Assembly: GCF_009834535.1 (NCBI RefSeq)
Contig: NC_045707.1
Location: 22,940,001 to 23,004,000, forward strand
Direction: 5' to 3'
Length of the DNA: 64,000 bases
Source of the DNA: Camelus ferus
Lineage: Eukaryota
In this document: in pieces, positions 1-13,105 of the stretch
Position numbering within the stretch: position 1 is the first letter of the stretch
Layout of the letters: every line of letters starts with the position of its first letter
Translations under genes and position numbers: made by a program
The notes under the pieces: generated by a model
Databases searched by the model: none
What the model was told of the DNA's origin: nothing
Seen by the model: only the letters and a program-made list of their open reading frames with translations

Positions 1-1810
1 GATCTACCTGTGCTCTGGATTTTATCTTCTTTTCATCCTCAAAAACCTCACTTCATTATCATCACTCTCTATTGTCTTGCTCAAATGTCTCATCTTAAAA
101 AACTCTTCCTTGAACCCCACATGCCCTCCCTACTGTCCTCTCTCTCCATCTCTCTGCAATCATCTTGTAATACAGGGCTTATCTGCCTTTTCTTTCCCAT
201 CTCCTATTTATTCCACAGCCCAAAACAATTTGGTCTCTGCTCTCACCACTTCAGTGACCCTGATCTCACTGACGTCACCAATGACCTGAGTGCCAAATCC
301 AGCACCAAGTGTCTTTATACTTGACCACTTCACTACACACTGACACAATTCTTTTCCTCCTCCTTGAAAGTTTCTTCTCTAAGTTCCTATCACATAAACT
401 TTTTCGGTTTTCTATCTACCTTCCTGGCCTCCTCAGTTTTCTTCCAGGGCTCCCCTGCTAGCAGTCACATCTTTAACTGTCAGTGTTCTCCAAGACTCCT
501 TCCTCAGCCTTCAGTTCTTCAGTCTCAACATGATCCTTGGATAAACAAAACCCATCACTTCAACTACAATGTATATACACTGTTGACTCCCAAATGTCGC
601 AGCAGTCCCAATTTCTCTTTCCAACTCCAGGCTGGTGCATCTAACTTCCTATCAGGCATTTCCACAGGGTTCCACAGGTACCTCAAATTCAACCAGTCCA
701 AAACAAAACACCTCACCTTTATTCCCAAACATGCATCTTTCTGTACTCCCTAACTCATAAATGATGTCACCATCCATCTTGGCATGGAACCCAGAAAACT
801 AGGAGTTATCCAAGAGCTCATCCCTCTCACAACTGTACTCACACACATACACACATCTCCAAGTCTAACAGATACTATGTCCTAAATATCTCTTTAATTT
901 GTTCATCCCTGTGCACTTGCAGGACCTCTTTAGAACCTATTTCTTATCTTGATTATTTTGACTGTCCCTAAACTGGATTCCCTGATTCTAGTCTATTTTT
1001 CAATCCAGCTGCCAAACTGCTAAAAGCAATCTTTCAAAAAAATAATCCTTCGATAGTTTTTATAGTTTAAGACGAAAGTTAAAACCTTCAGCCTATCAAA
1101 AAAGGTCTTCAAGATTAGGTCTCCCTACTTATCTCCATAGCCTTTTATCTTAACTAATTCCCAAAAACATCCCATGTGTAGGCACATCCTGCTCCCTGCA
1201 CTTTGTCAAAGGTATCATGCTGCTCTGCTCTACACCCCCACGATTTATACAGGCAGTTCCTCCCTCGAACTCTCTTCCCCAAACTTCTCTACCTGGCCAA
1301 CTCCCGTCTGCCCGTCAAGGTTCATAACCCCCTGACAGAAAGTCTTTCCAGATCTCCACTGTGTTTCCAAAGCACCTTGTGCATTTCTCTAGTTCAGAGT
1401 TCATCAGGCTGCAGTATCACTGATTAACTGGTCTGCCTAAACCCTCTGAAGGTAAGGATTATGTCTTACTCTTTTACATCCCCAGAACCTAATACTGTAT
1501 ATCTACTGATATGCTGCTTGAATTAATGAATACATTGAGACTCAATTCAAACTATATCTTCTCTGAAAAGCTGAATCTGATCCTGTCATTCAGAGTTAAG
1601 CATTCCTCCTCCTTGTTCTCATATTACATTTTATCACTACCTCATAACACTTATGACCTTGTAGTTTACTTATTTTTTTGTAATCTATTATAAAACATGA
1701 GCTCCTTGACGATAGAGACAGTGTCGCACCTATCTTAGTATCTTTAGCATATAACACAACATCTAAAAAATAACAGGCACCTACTGAACATTTGAGTAAA
1801 TGAATGAGTT
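1..1810 (+). mobile_element. Ancient L2 LINE remnant (approximate bounds)
   Basis: ctcaaattcaaccagtccaaaac at ~682-705 translates to YLKFNQSKTK, resembling the L2 HLKLNMSKTE motif; typical L2 3' end (catttgagtaaatgaatga) at ~1790-1808. Family recognised from memory. Confidence 0.65.
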
Positions 1811-1944
1811 GCTCTTTTCATAAATTTTCTTGAAGTATTATTTTGGAAGCAGTTCTGCAAATCTGACTTGAAGATCACTCTTTCTATTATAAAAACACAG
1901 AAAAACCAGAAACTAAGAGATCTTCTAACATGCTGGGTTTTTGT

Positions 1945-2087
1945 TTTTGTTTTGTTTTCTTGAGGGGGATGTAATTAGGTTTGTTTATGTTTGTTCCTTT
2001 GTTTGTTTGTAGGAAAGGTAATGGGGATTGAACCCATGACCTCATGCGTGCTAAACACATGCTCTACCACTTGAGCTATACCCTCCC
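1945..2087 (-). mobile_element. tRNA-Ala-derived camelid SINE (vic-1-like)
   Basis: Reverse complement reads gggagggtatagctcaagtggtagagcatgtgtttagcacgcatgaggtcatgggttcaatcccc (A and B boxes), followed by an A-rich tail; clearly related to the copy at 7411. Confidence 0.8.
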
Positions 2088-2339
2088 AAAGAACTGTCCT
2101 GGAAAGAAAACATATAGGTGATGTTTATTCTAACAAAGACTAAAAATAAACTGAGTTTCTCTGATTTCTAAGCAAATACTATATAATAGGCTCACAGTGC
2201 ATCAAAGCAGTTAAGTAACAGGACTGGATCTATGTTAAGTGAAAACAGCTGGGTTGGTAAGATGAAACAGTGGCAAGTGAATGCCTGTAATTCTTAATTG
2301 AAAATCTATAATCTTTCCAGAGGGCCTCAAGTGGCAGAC

Positions 2340-2420
2340 TGTGTGTGTGTGTGTGTGTGTGCGTGCGCGCGCGTTATGCGTACGTGTGTGTGTGTGTGTA
2401 CGTTATGTGTACATATGTAT
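2340..2420. repeat. (TG)n/(CG)n alternating purine-pyrimidine microsatellite
   Basis: gtgtgtgtgtgtgtgtgtgtgcgtgcgcgcgcg...gtgtgtgtgtgtgtgtac seen directly. Confidence 0.9.
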
Positions 2421-4189
2421 ATGGCTAAATTTGTGTCCCCTACTGTGGGAATTGAGCAAAGCACAAGTCAACAATAAAGGACAGAACAGAATAAACAGAA
2501 GAAACTCATGGCCTAAAATGCATTACTGATCTGAATAGATCCTATGACCTGGCCAGTCCGCTAAACTGAAAAGACAATTGCCATTTCCCAACCTTTAAAA
2601 ACTAGTAAAAGCAATGTTAATGCCAAAGAGAAAAAGGAAGAATTAGAGCACGAAGAAATAAAGCAATATTTTCTCTCTGCCAATATTAACTTCAATGCTA
2701 TTCTGTTATCCAACACTAGAGAACACTATTAAGACTAGTAATCTGATCATGTTTAATATAGACCGTCCTTCAGTGAAGTAGATTATGCTTGCTGACTGTA
2801 GCCACCAAACAGATGTAAATACATCCCAGGTACATGGACAGTGTGCTCATTAATATCTGTAGATACCTCTTTGTTCCTCTTTGTATTATCTACTAACTAT
2901 AGGTAAAGTAAACTATTGAAGCCAGCCTAAGAATCCATTAAGTGCAGCTTCAATCTCAAGTGTTTACATTTTAAATCAGTAGATGTATCAAGAAGTATTA
3001 CTGTACTTAACCTTGAAATACTTCCAAAAGTCATCCTGTACTCCAGAAGAAAACAAACCATCAACTCCATTTTACATACAAAAACACTGATTCAGCAAGA
3101 GTTAATGAGGGTAAACTCAGCAAAGCCTCAGAGAACTTCAAAAAGGGTCTTAAAAATTCAAGTGTTAAGCACTGGCTCTGATTTTACTCCCTCACAAAGC
3201 ATACAGAAACCAAACAGGTTGGATTTCTTTTTTAGTTCTCCTGTCTTACTGGTCAATTACACTTAATTTTTCAGCCCTCATACTCATTCAGTTAAAAAGA
3301 AAGAAAAAATATTTCTGCACTATCATATAGGGAAAACACTCCAAGCACAAACCCTCTTTGTCTTGTTTCTTTACAGTCAAAAATACTGCTAGGACGGAGA
3401 GTAAAACACAAAGAATAAATTTTAAACCAAGTAATTCTGGAAGGAAAATAAGAACTGGAAAGGGGGGTAACTAATACAAAGCTGAAGATACCATGATAAT
3501 GGAAAAGGTAAAACTTTGGTGGTACAGGCACCAAGGGCAAAAATTTAGTTCAGGATTTCAGTTGTTGGCCTTACAGCTCTGGCCCAAATCAAGACTCTAA
3601 CAATGATCTCTCCTGGGTATAGTTTAGCTACGAGGGGCAAAACAACTAGCAAAATCACGATCTAGAACACACACCTCTAGAATAGATGTCTCAAATCATC
3701 TAATTTTTTCTTTCTCTTTTCCCTGTAGCTAGTAGACAAAAATCACATGCTCTAGAGAGCTCTCTTGGCACTGGAGAGATCACGATCCTAGCAAATTTAA
3801 CTTCAGTGAGAGCAGGAAACTCGGAATGGAATATACAGAGGGAAATAGGTGAAGACAGAGGAATTCAACTTTGTGGAAAAGAGGTAGACAAAATGAGAGG
3901 TCTGGGATACCCTGAAAGGGTTCCAGAACATTACACCTAAATCAAAGAGGGTTTCTGTCATTGTTTTGAGGTGGAGAGGTGCCCAACTGAAACAATGGTG
4001 TACCCCAAGGCAGCAAGGTGTGAGAAAGGGGAAAGTAAAAGAATAAGTAATTCAACTGTAGCTGAAGCCTAACCCTGAGAGCAAAGGGAAAACAGCAAAG
4101 TATAAGGCAAGTGAGATAAAGCAGCCAGATTTTTTAACAAATCTTTTGCCTTTGTACTAGGAACAAGACATTTAAAAGTTTTAAGCAAA

Positions 4190-5360
4190 AGAAAGTAACA
4201 GATTTTCATACAAAACTCAATGAAATATTAGGAGCAAGACTAGAGGAAGGAGGCCAGTTAAAGGCCATCAGAGTTATCCAGATAAGAGATGGTGGTCTCA
4301 TGAACTAAGGAAATGGCAGTGCTGATGGAGAGAAATGAAAAGATTCGAGGGAAATTGAGGAGGTAAGCGGCTACATAACTTTATCATTATTGGATGTTAA
4401 AGAGTAAGGACTCAAGTATGACATCCTGGTCTCTGGCTTTGCAACTAGGTGGCATGATTCAAAGAAAAAAGAACTGAGAAAGAACAGATTTTCATGGAAA
4501 AATTATTTTTGCTCTTGTGATGTTGAGTCTGAGGTGCTGTGTAACAGTTAAACGGAGATGTTCAAGAGACCATCGAATAAATGGGCTAGAGCTCAGGCGA
4601 GAGATCAGAACTGGACACAGAGACTCACAAATTGTCAGCTTATAATAACAGACGCCGAGTGAAACCATCAGAGTGGATGAGACTGACAGACTATGTGATG
4701 TTCTTCTAAACGTCATCCCAGACAAACTACCAGAGACATCAGAAACACCTGGAATGTTTGTTAAAACACAGATTCCTAGGCTCCATTCTACGCCTACTAA
4801 ATCAAAATCTCTAGGGATAAGGCCTAAGAGCCCACATTTCATTCATGCCATAAATGTGCACTGAGGGACTATTCTAGGCACTAGGAATACAACCAGATCC
4901 TTGTACTCATAAGTTTTGGGTGCTAGGTATAGCCAGACTGTAGACAAGAAAATAAACAGGGTAACTTAAGATAGTGGGAAGTGCTATGGAGATAATAAAA
5001 CAAGAGGAATGTAATGAAGGAATAGTAAGAAAAGGAAAGTGTAGTACAAGGAAAGTCAGAGCAACTGGCAGGGGCAAGATCATGAAGGCTTTTGAAAGCA
5101 TTCATTTTTAACAAATTCTCCAAGAGATGCTTGTGCCATTAACGTTCAAGAATCAGAGAGGGAGAATACAACAGCGACCTTACGAAAAACACACACTTAA
5201 GAGATGAGCAGGAGAAAAAGAGCCAGGAATGCAAATGGAAAAGAAAGTGGTGTCACTGAAACACTTCAAGAAAGAGAAGGGTCAACAATGACAAAAGCTC
5301 CAAAAAACTAGAATAAGATAAGAATGAAAAGAAGTCCATTAGATTTAATAAGGTCCACCA
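4190..5360 (-). mobile_element. L2 fragments with an inserted MER5A-like hAT element (~4735-4840)
   Basis: Purine-rich L2 antisense pattern; atcagaaacacctggaatgtttgttaaaacacagattcctaggctcc...aatcaaaatctctaggg matches my recollection of MER5A. Confidence 0.5.
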
Positions 5361-6186
5361 TGTTCTTCCCACTGATTTTGATGACTGCTGGGAGCTGCTC
5401 CACCAACAGCTCTAGAAACACTAAGTGACTTCTTGTAGAGGTGTACATTCACCTACTACCCATCCATAGAACACTGCTTCCTGGAAGCTATCAGCTGATT
5501 ACTGTCCTAGACATTTTTGCCTTTTCCTACAGAATCACAAAGGAAGGATAAGGAGAAAGTATAATTTGTGAGTATGGGGAGCGAATGTATTTCAAATGCA
5601 TCCCTTATTAAGTTTGGATTGTCACTGCCTTGACTACTTTCCTCCTAGCTCTGTTATGAAGCTTACCCAAGTCTGAACCACCATTCTCCAAGTCACGAAG
5701 AATGCCCATAATGCTGCTCACATGCCAAAACCATGCACAAACTCTTAACAACTAACACATGCAACAAAAACACTGCCCCCACAAAAATATGAACTGCACA
5801 CTTGGAAAATCTAGTCTTTTAATATGAATGCTGATACCACTTTAAGGTCTGATAAGCTTTTAGGAAAGAGAAAGTGCTCTGCAGATATGAAATATGGCTT
5901 TGATGCTTACTAATAATACATACTCCAGCACAAATGTTAGCAACCTTGAAATATACCAAAAGCATCCATACAAGGAAGATAATGAACCAAGTGGCAGAGT
6001 AAACTAGTTAATGAAGTTAAGTCTATTCTGTACACTAGATTAGAATTGTACAGAAGACTAATAGTGGGAGCAAAATTACCTCCAAAAAATTAAAATAGAA
6101 TTTCACTAGTCTGCAGACCAGCTTTTTCTTTTCTTTGCCCACTACAGGCTCACAATCAACAAACATCAATCAGAAATAAACTGAGT

Positions 6187-6452
6187 GGGGTAGGAAGGGA
6201 TAAACTGGGAGTTCGAGATTTGCAGATACTGACTGGTATATATAAAATAGATAAACAGTTTATACTGTATAGCACAGGGAACTATATTCAGTATCTTGTA
6301 GCAGCTTACGGTGAAAAAGAATATGAAAATGAATATACGTATATTTGAGTATGACTGAAGCATTGTGCTGTACACCAGAAATTGACACAACATTGTAAAC
6401 TGACTATACCTCAGTAAAAATAAATAAATGAATAAATAAATAAGTAAGAAAG
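6187..6452 (+). mobile_element. 5'-truncated cetartiodactyl L1 3' end with TSD
   Basis: ggataaactgggagttcgagatttgcagatac...tgtaaactgactatacctcagtaaaaa plus a (taaa)n tail; 9-bp TSD aaactgagt at 6178-6186 and 6453-6461. Confidence 0.85.
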
Positions 6453-7410
6453 AAACTGAGTCATTTTAAACCCTGATGATTACCTCACTTATTTCTATAC
6501 TTTCAGCTCTATAGGATAAGGACTTAAGCTGAGATCTTTTGGGACCTCAGAGTAACTGCACGGGTGCAAAACTAGTTTTTACTTGCCTGCAAAAGATTTT
6601 GAGGTCTCCAATGAAAAACAAAACACAAACAAGCAGTAAAACATACTATTAATGCCTTTAGAGAAATGGAAGGATCAGAATATTGGTCTACATCAGGGTA
6701 GAGACCATACAAGGGCATTTAACAACTAGCTTCATTTTTTTACCCCAAGAAAATACCCAGAGAAGCCTGAAATTGTCTCCCAGGAAAAAAAAATCAAAGT
6801 CTTTGACAATTTAGAAACATCACAGTGGGACAAACAAGCAAGCAATTAAAGGGACTGAAAAGATTTTTTTTTATTTTCTTGTGGTTAGCAAACTAAGGAG
6901 GAATAGAATAAGATGAGTCCTTTAAAAATACCAGAAGTGTTTTGACTATTAGAAGACAAGACTGCTTGAGGCTTTTGTACCTTTTCTCCTTATCCTCTCT
7001 CATCTCTAGGCTGGGGTTCCCAATTTGATCAGTTCTTTTAAAAGCACAGAAAAGCACTCTGGGAAACTTACTGTCAAAACTTGAAAGCTTAAGCAGCTTT
7101 CCCAGTATAGGTTCAAATAACTGGACTGAACGACTCAAGAGATCTTGCAGAAAAGCACAAAGAACACCTGGATTTAGGAAGCATCTCAGAATCTTTCCTT
7201 TCACACACCCCAAGCAGAAACGGTGAAATCACTGCATATTATTGTAACTAAGGGCTTTCAACATTAATTTTTTTAAGTGTTGGAGAAAACAGATACATGC
7301 TAAGGAAATCTAAGGGAACTCAAAGAGGAGTCAAAAGAGATCAAGGTTAAGAAATCTTTCCTATCCATACCTGTTTTTAGAAATAAACTCATACTTAAGA
7401 AGGAATGGAC

Positions 7411-7546
7411 GGCGGGGAGGATATAGCTCAAGTGGTAGAGCGCATGCTTAGCATACACAAGGTCCTGGGTTTATTTCCCAGTACCTCCCCTAAAAATAAA
7501 GAAGTTTACCTCCCCCTACAAAAAATAATTTAAAATTAAAAAAAAA
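7411..7546 (+). mobile_element. tRNA-Ala-derived camelid SINE (vic-1-like) with 14-bp TSD
   Basis: ggggaggatatagctcaagtggtagagcgcatgcttagcat...gtcctgggttt plus an A-rich tail; TSD aagaaggaatggac at 7397-7410 and 7547-7560. Confidence 0.88.
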
Positions 7547-9090
7547 AAGAAGGAATGGACAGAGTAACTTTACTGGAGAGATGAAACAAGTGCTACACTG
7601 CTAAAGTGGCAACCATTGTAAGAACAAAAGGTAACCACGAGAAGACTATATTAAGTGGAATGTTTTCTTGACAGTGTGAGGATATAGCTCGAGGAAAATA
7701 CTAAGGCCACCGTGCATGAAAAAGGCCTCTAAAATTAGACCCACCAACTGTATTCATGCACACATATTCAAGCCATGAGTCCAGTTATTTTTCTTACTTA
7801 TAAGTGGGCAGCACATTCCACAGGCAGACGCTTAGTCCTTTACCCCATCTTTCAAGTACACAGGAAAACCTCATTAAGAAAACACACACACACACAGTTT
7901 CACAAAACTCTCTCCTCTGTACTTCCTGGGACCATGCAACCAAAATGCCTTCCTCAAAATTTGCGTTTTCCTGAAAGCTTTCATTGAGTTCCTGATGAGA
8001 TCTGGAATGGGAGTAAGTTCATCATTCAGAAACCATTACCTACAGCGAAACATCAGTACTCAGTATTTATCTCTAAAGAGTGAGAACAAAGCATAGAGAT
8101 GTCTGAATATCTCTGGGGCCTGAGAAAGACTTCCTAGAAACTTTGTGAAAGGATTTTAAAAGTGACAAGAGAAGTGCGGTAGAGCTTCTACCCATCTGCC
8201 AAAATAATGGCAGAAATTTTTCACAAAATGACAACTAACATACTTTTGACACTGTTACTTATTTACACTAATAATAACAGAACCAGACCCAGTCAATAGA
8301 TACAAGATCCCCAATTCTCCCCAACTCTCCCACCCCCTGACCCAAGCCATTCTCTCACAGGCCTAGCTGTTTTCAATGTCCTAGCAAAAGTTTAAGCAAA
8401 AATCTAACTTTGCACCAGCATTCCCACAAAGTGTTAAAACCACTACCTCACTCCTTTTGCCTTCCTAAGCTGGAAAACAGTGGCCAGGACAGCCCCAAAA
8501 AGAAATCTCATCCAGGCCACTCTAGCCAGAAGGTCAATGAAGGTAACAGATGCACCAATCAAGAAAGGAAAAAACAAACAAGGGATAATCCACAGGACTC
8601 AGGGGGCCAGCTCCTTTTACCTTCGGATTTAGTATAATTTAGTTGCTAAAAATGACCCCAAAAATGGATTGGCGGAAACAAGGATCAGACACCGAACATT
8701 CCACCATTGTTAGAGAAAGCTAGCCTTAAAGTTTTCAAGCTCAACCATCTCCACATGAATGGGGAAAAAAATCTAACCCAAACAGCCCAGACTATAAATA
8801 TTAACTTATTCAGTCTACTGAAAAATTCAAAGTGGAACCAGCATGCTCAGCTCTCTGGGGTCAGAGGTAAGAATGGTGATATTTATCTCAACAGGAATGC
8901 AAACAAACCTCAAGGGGAGAGCCTGAAGCAGTAAAAATTCTAGCCACAGGACATCTGAGATAATCTTCCTCTAAGACCATCAGCACCAAAGATCTCCACA
9001 CTCAATTCTCTCTGCCCTCAAAGTGCTTCATTCAATGACCTGAACACACAATACTTCTATCAAAAGAGAAATGTGGCAAGAACTGACAGG

Positions 9091-9116
9091 AAAAAAAAAA
9101 AAAAAAAAAAAAAAAA
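9091..9116 (+). repeat. Poly(A)26 run
   Basis: Seen directly; no attached SINE body or TSD found. Confidence 0.9.
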
Positions 9117-10759
9117 GCTCAAGTTCTTCCAAAAAGTATCTTACACAATCCTACTGAAAATCCATTCCACATCTCCAATCATGATCAGAAATTCATGACA
9201 ATGAGAGTTCAAGAATAAATTTATCTATTCAGTCAATAAATTTGCTGAGCACCTACTGCATGTCAAGTGCTCTGTTAAGTGCTGAAGACACATCAACAAA
9301 ACAAGACTATCTACTGAAGTACTTTCTAATGCAAGAGACTAAATATATATAGTATGTTATAGGCTGATAATGGGTAAGGAGGGAAGGAAAGCAAAGAAGT
9401 GGGATAGGGAGTTATGTAAATATATGTGGAAGAGGGGGCTTTGCAATTTAGACAGCCAAGGAAATGTCACTGTTAGAGTGACATTTGAGTAAAGACCTGA
9501 AGGAGGTGAGGGGACAAGGTTATGCAGTTTTATAAGGAAAAGGTGATTCAGGAAAATCCAGGGAAGAAGTGCACAGCTGCCAAGGCAGAAGTGTGCCTGA
9601 TGTGTTCAAGGAACAGCCAGGAGATCAGTGAGTATATTGGGAGGGGGAAAGAGTGCTACAGATCTTGGGCTTTAAAGACAATTGTAAACTCTCTGGTTTT
9701 TACTCTGATAGAGACAGGAAGCCAAGATCTCCTCTTCCGACTCTTTTCAATTAAAACAGTATCAGTCATCCTATTTTTATATATGCAAGCTTTAAAATTT
9801 TTGTTTTAAATTGAAGATCTCTAATACAGATCATACAGTGGACACAAAATTGTAAATTAAACTCTGAATTTTAACTTCTGCTGACAGTTTATCAGACCTT
9901 CAAGAAAAGTTCTCTGTCCTCTCAACCCTGTGGAGAACAGCAACAAGGGAAGAAAAATGCAACAAAAATGAACTGAATTGGAGAAAAAAAAGTGAAAAAA
10001 ATGAACCGAATTGACTATCTAAGCCATGCTAGTCTTGATGACCCAGACTCCACAAGTGGAAAAAAAAAGAAAATATAGTAGAAAGAAAACGAAGGCCGGG
10101 GAAAAAGCATTAGGAAGAAAGAGGATCCACAAACAACTTATTCAAGTGCCAGTCTGACTATCCAGAAATACAATAAAATGCTAGGAATTTGTGACATTCC
10201 TTAAGTGGAACCTGTCACCTCGCTCCTCCCCAGTTTCCATGTTGCCTACCAACAACAGACAGGACTCCGGCTTCTCAATTTTAGGTAAGTCTATTTGAAA
10301 AAAATATATACAAGGACGTTCAACCAAGATCTGAGTTTAAATTTCTTCACACTTCTCTTTGGTTTAATGAACCTCTGGGGCTGTTATTCGGTCATTTCTC
10401 GTCATCACCCAAAAACAACTCACTCAGAGTGAATAAATATTCTGAGGAGTTACTAGGCTAATGGTCGCATATGTTGAAATGTCTGGCTCTACAGGAAAAT
10501 GAATCCGAGAAGAGTTTTCAGAGCCTCAACAGTCAGTGATGAGCTTAGCGTAGGCCCAACTTTTAAGCTCCAGAAACATCTCCCTGAACGTTCCAACTCA
10601 AATCTCTGTCCCTGTAATAACCTCGGACACAAGCACGATTTGAAACACTGCAACACCTTTCCCTCCCAATCTTGCAAAGCTTGAAGGAATACGGAGATCC
10701 AAGAAACACATGGAGCTAGTCACCCCCAGAGCACCACAAGGGCGCAACAGTTTTTAGGT

Positions 10760-11540
10760 CCCACCACACAGGCCACAGGTGGCGCCAGCCCCCCGCCCGC
10801 CGCCCCGCGCCCCCAGCTTCTCGCCTGCGCTCCCCGCGCACACTCGGGCCTCTCTGGCCTGGGGACCGTCCTTCACGGGAGCCTCGGGCCCCGACCAACC
10901 GCCCCCAGTCCCGGCAGCACCAGCGCGGGGAACCCAGGCCAGGGGCCTCCGCCCGCCCGCCCGCCACGCCCCCTCCCCACGGGCCGCCAGCATCGCCCGC
11001 CCCCTCGGCCGGGAGGTGGCCTCACCTCACGCAGGCCGTAGCGGGGAGGGCGCCCGCGTCTCCGCCCGCCGCCCGGGCCCACGGCCGCTCGGCTGCGGCT
11101 CGGCCCCGACGGCCGGCGGCGGCGGCGCGCTTCTGGGGGCGGGCTCTTCTCAGTGGGGGTTTCCCCAGGGCCCAGGGCGGGGGAGCAGGGGGACTGGGGC
11201 GGGGGAGGGGAAAGGGGTTTGGGAAGGAGGGGGGAGAGGGGAAGAAAAGGGGGGAAACCAAACCCGGAAAGGGAGAAAAGGGGGGAGGGGGAAAATCAGA
11301 AGGGGAAGAAAGGCCCAGAGTCCGCCCCCTACTGCGGCCTGCGCGCTACGTCACCGCGTCCGGCGCATTCGTCACCGCGTCCTGCGCCCGGCGCGTCCCC
11401 GCTTCCTGTGTGCCTCCCTCCTCGCCCGCAGACGCCCCCTGCTTACTCACCCACCCAGCCCACTCTCGCGCTGCCCTCCCCATCCCCGCGCACACGCGCG
11501 TACACTCACTCGCTCTCTGGCTCCCTCCTCGTCACCTATG
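10760..11540 (-). promoter_or_regulatory. R3HDM2: CpG island: R3HDM2 promoter and non-coding first exon(s). Positions 1 to ~11025 are inferred intron 1.
   Basis: Dense CpG/GC boxes. Minus-strand donors GAG|GTGAGG (11026/11025) and TGG|GTGAGT (11451/11450). Gene identity is inferred from synteny only (R3HDM2 starts ~4 kb upstream of INHBC on the minus strand in human); no R3HDM2 coding exon lies in the window. Confidence 0.7.
11152..11292 (+). other. G-rich tract with G-quadruplex potential
   Basis: More than 15 runs of GGG or longer, e.g. gggcgggggagcagggggactggggcgggggagggggaaagggg. Confidence 0.7.
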
Positions 11541-12944
11541 TCTCAAGCCACCAATCCGAATCCACTGCGACCCTCAGTCCACCTGAAACCCATCAAGCCT
11601 GTCAGAGTCACCCTCGATTTAAATAACTCTAATATAGGTTTCCCGAGCACTTTCAAAATAGCCTTTCCCTTAGGACAGTAACTCCCACACACAAAGCTGC
11701 GTATGTGCAGTGAATATTTGTGGTATAAATGAATGAAGATCATGTGGTAGGTAAGTGTCCATTTTTTCTGATGTAAGGATTTAACTAAATAAAGCAGGTT
11801 TAAGTCCATCTTGTTTAAAAATCACTTCTTACCACCACCACCGTCTAACATACAGTCCTTTTTTTAAGAGGCATCTTAAATTTGCACCCCCCCCCATTCT
11901 GTCTGTTCGAGGCAGAATCAATTTATTGATTACATGTATTTGCATCATTTATTGACCAAGTCCCTCAAAGAAACCTTGTAGTCTTACATTGATAGAATTC
12001 GACCATTAAATATTTACTGTGTGACAAGAACTGCAATAGGCAAAAAAAAAAGAAAAGAAATCAAATAATTACAGTACAAAATAAGTGCTGTTCAGTGTGC
12101 TATGGAAGCCCAACAAGGAGCAATTAATTACTTCTTAGAGGTAAGAGAGATTGAGTGAACTACAGAGAAGCTAGAGGTGTAATTTCAGCTAACCTTGAAG
12201 AAAGTAAGTAGGAGTTCATCGGAGAGGCAAGAATGGAGATTCCAGTAAAGTTGTAGAGGTAATTCTTTCCTTCAAGGAATCAGCAAGTTCCAGGTTTTTA
12301 AGTTGGAGACATGGGGCAGTGATGGCCAGGAGGAAATAACAGCTAATATTTGTATTATGCATGTATGTATGTTTATAGAGAGATAATCTAGAATATGTAG
12401 CATTTTACATCTATTATTTCAGTTTTATCCTGTAAACAATATATATTATTGTTATATTCATTTTATAAGATAAGGAACCATGAGGCACCAAAGTCACAGA
12501 TTTTGAACTGAGACAGTTTATCTTCAGAGCCTTCTCTTACTCACTACACTATCAGAAGTGTAACCGGAAAGAGCATGTTGCAAAGAACCTGTGTGTCATA
12601 ATGCGGAGTGAACCAGTTGGGTCTTTGGGGGACAGATGCAGTAACTGAAGAACTACTAAGGCAGAAACATGAGGCATCCACCCCTAAGAGAAGCCCTGCT
12701 CTCTTTTGCCCCCTTTTCTCACCTCTTACTCCCCAACTATTTGCCAGAGAGAAGGGGAGCAGCTGAAGTCATCTTAGGTTGTGAGAGGTCTGGGAACTAC
12801 ATACTCTAATTAAGATATGGACTAAATAGCAATATTACTACTTCCTGCAACCCCAGGATAAGGTTATCATCCAAGAATGAGATTAGGACTATTAAGATGT
12901 TAGACAGAAGGTCAGTCCCTACAGGCTGGGATGAGTAGAGTAGG

Positions 12945-13105
12945 CAGTGACTACTAATGGCTACAAGGTTTCTTTTGGGGGTGATGAAAATATTCTTAAA
13001 TTAGATAGTGGTGATGGTTGCACAACTCTGTGAACGTACTAAAAACCTCTGAATTATACACTGTAAAAGGTGAATCTTATGTGAATTGTATTTCAATAAA
13101 AACCT
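12945..13105 (+). mobile_element. Old L1M 3' end
   Basis: gggggtgatgaaaatattcttaaattagatagtggtgatggttgcacaactctgtgaa...tttcaataaaaa, typical of L1MB/L1ME ends. Confidence 0.75.

Noticed and set aside
6166-6393. Near-identical peptides MLCQFLVYSTMLQ in ORFs 6166-6393 and 13716-13976
   Set aside because: Antisense translations of two copies of the same L1 3'UTR, not a gene family.
6893-7213. 106-aa minus-strand ORF in the inferred R3HDM2 intron 1
   Set aside because: Non-ATG start, no recognised homology, and not the R3HDM2 N-terminus as I recall it.
7411-7490. tRNA-Ala-like sequences at 7411 and 2087
   Set aside because: They have a degenerate T-arm/acceptor stem and A-rich tails (plus a TSD at the 7411 copy), so they are SINEs rather than tRNA genes.
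10779-11681. 300-aa plus-strand ORF at the R3HDM2 promoter
   Set aside because: Pro/Gly/Arg low-complexity product of a stop-poor CpG island; starts at GTG; no recognisable domain.
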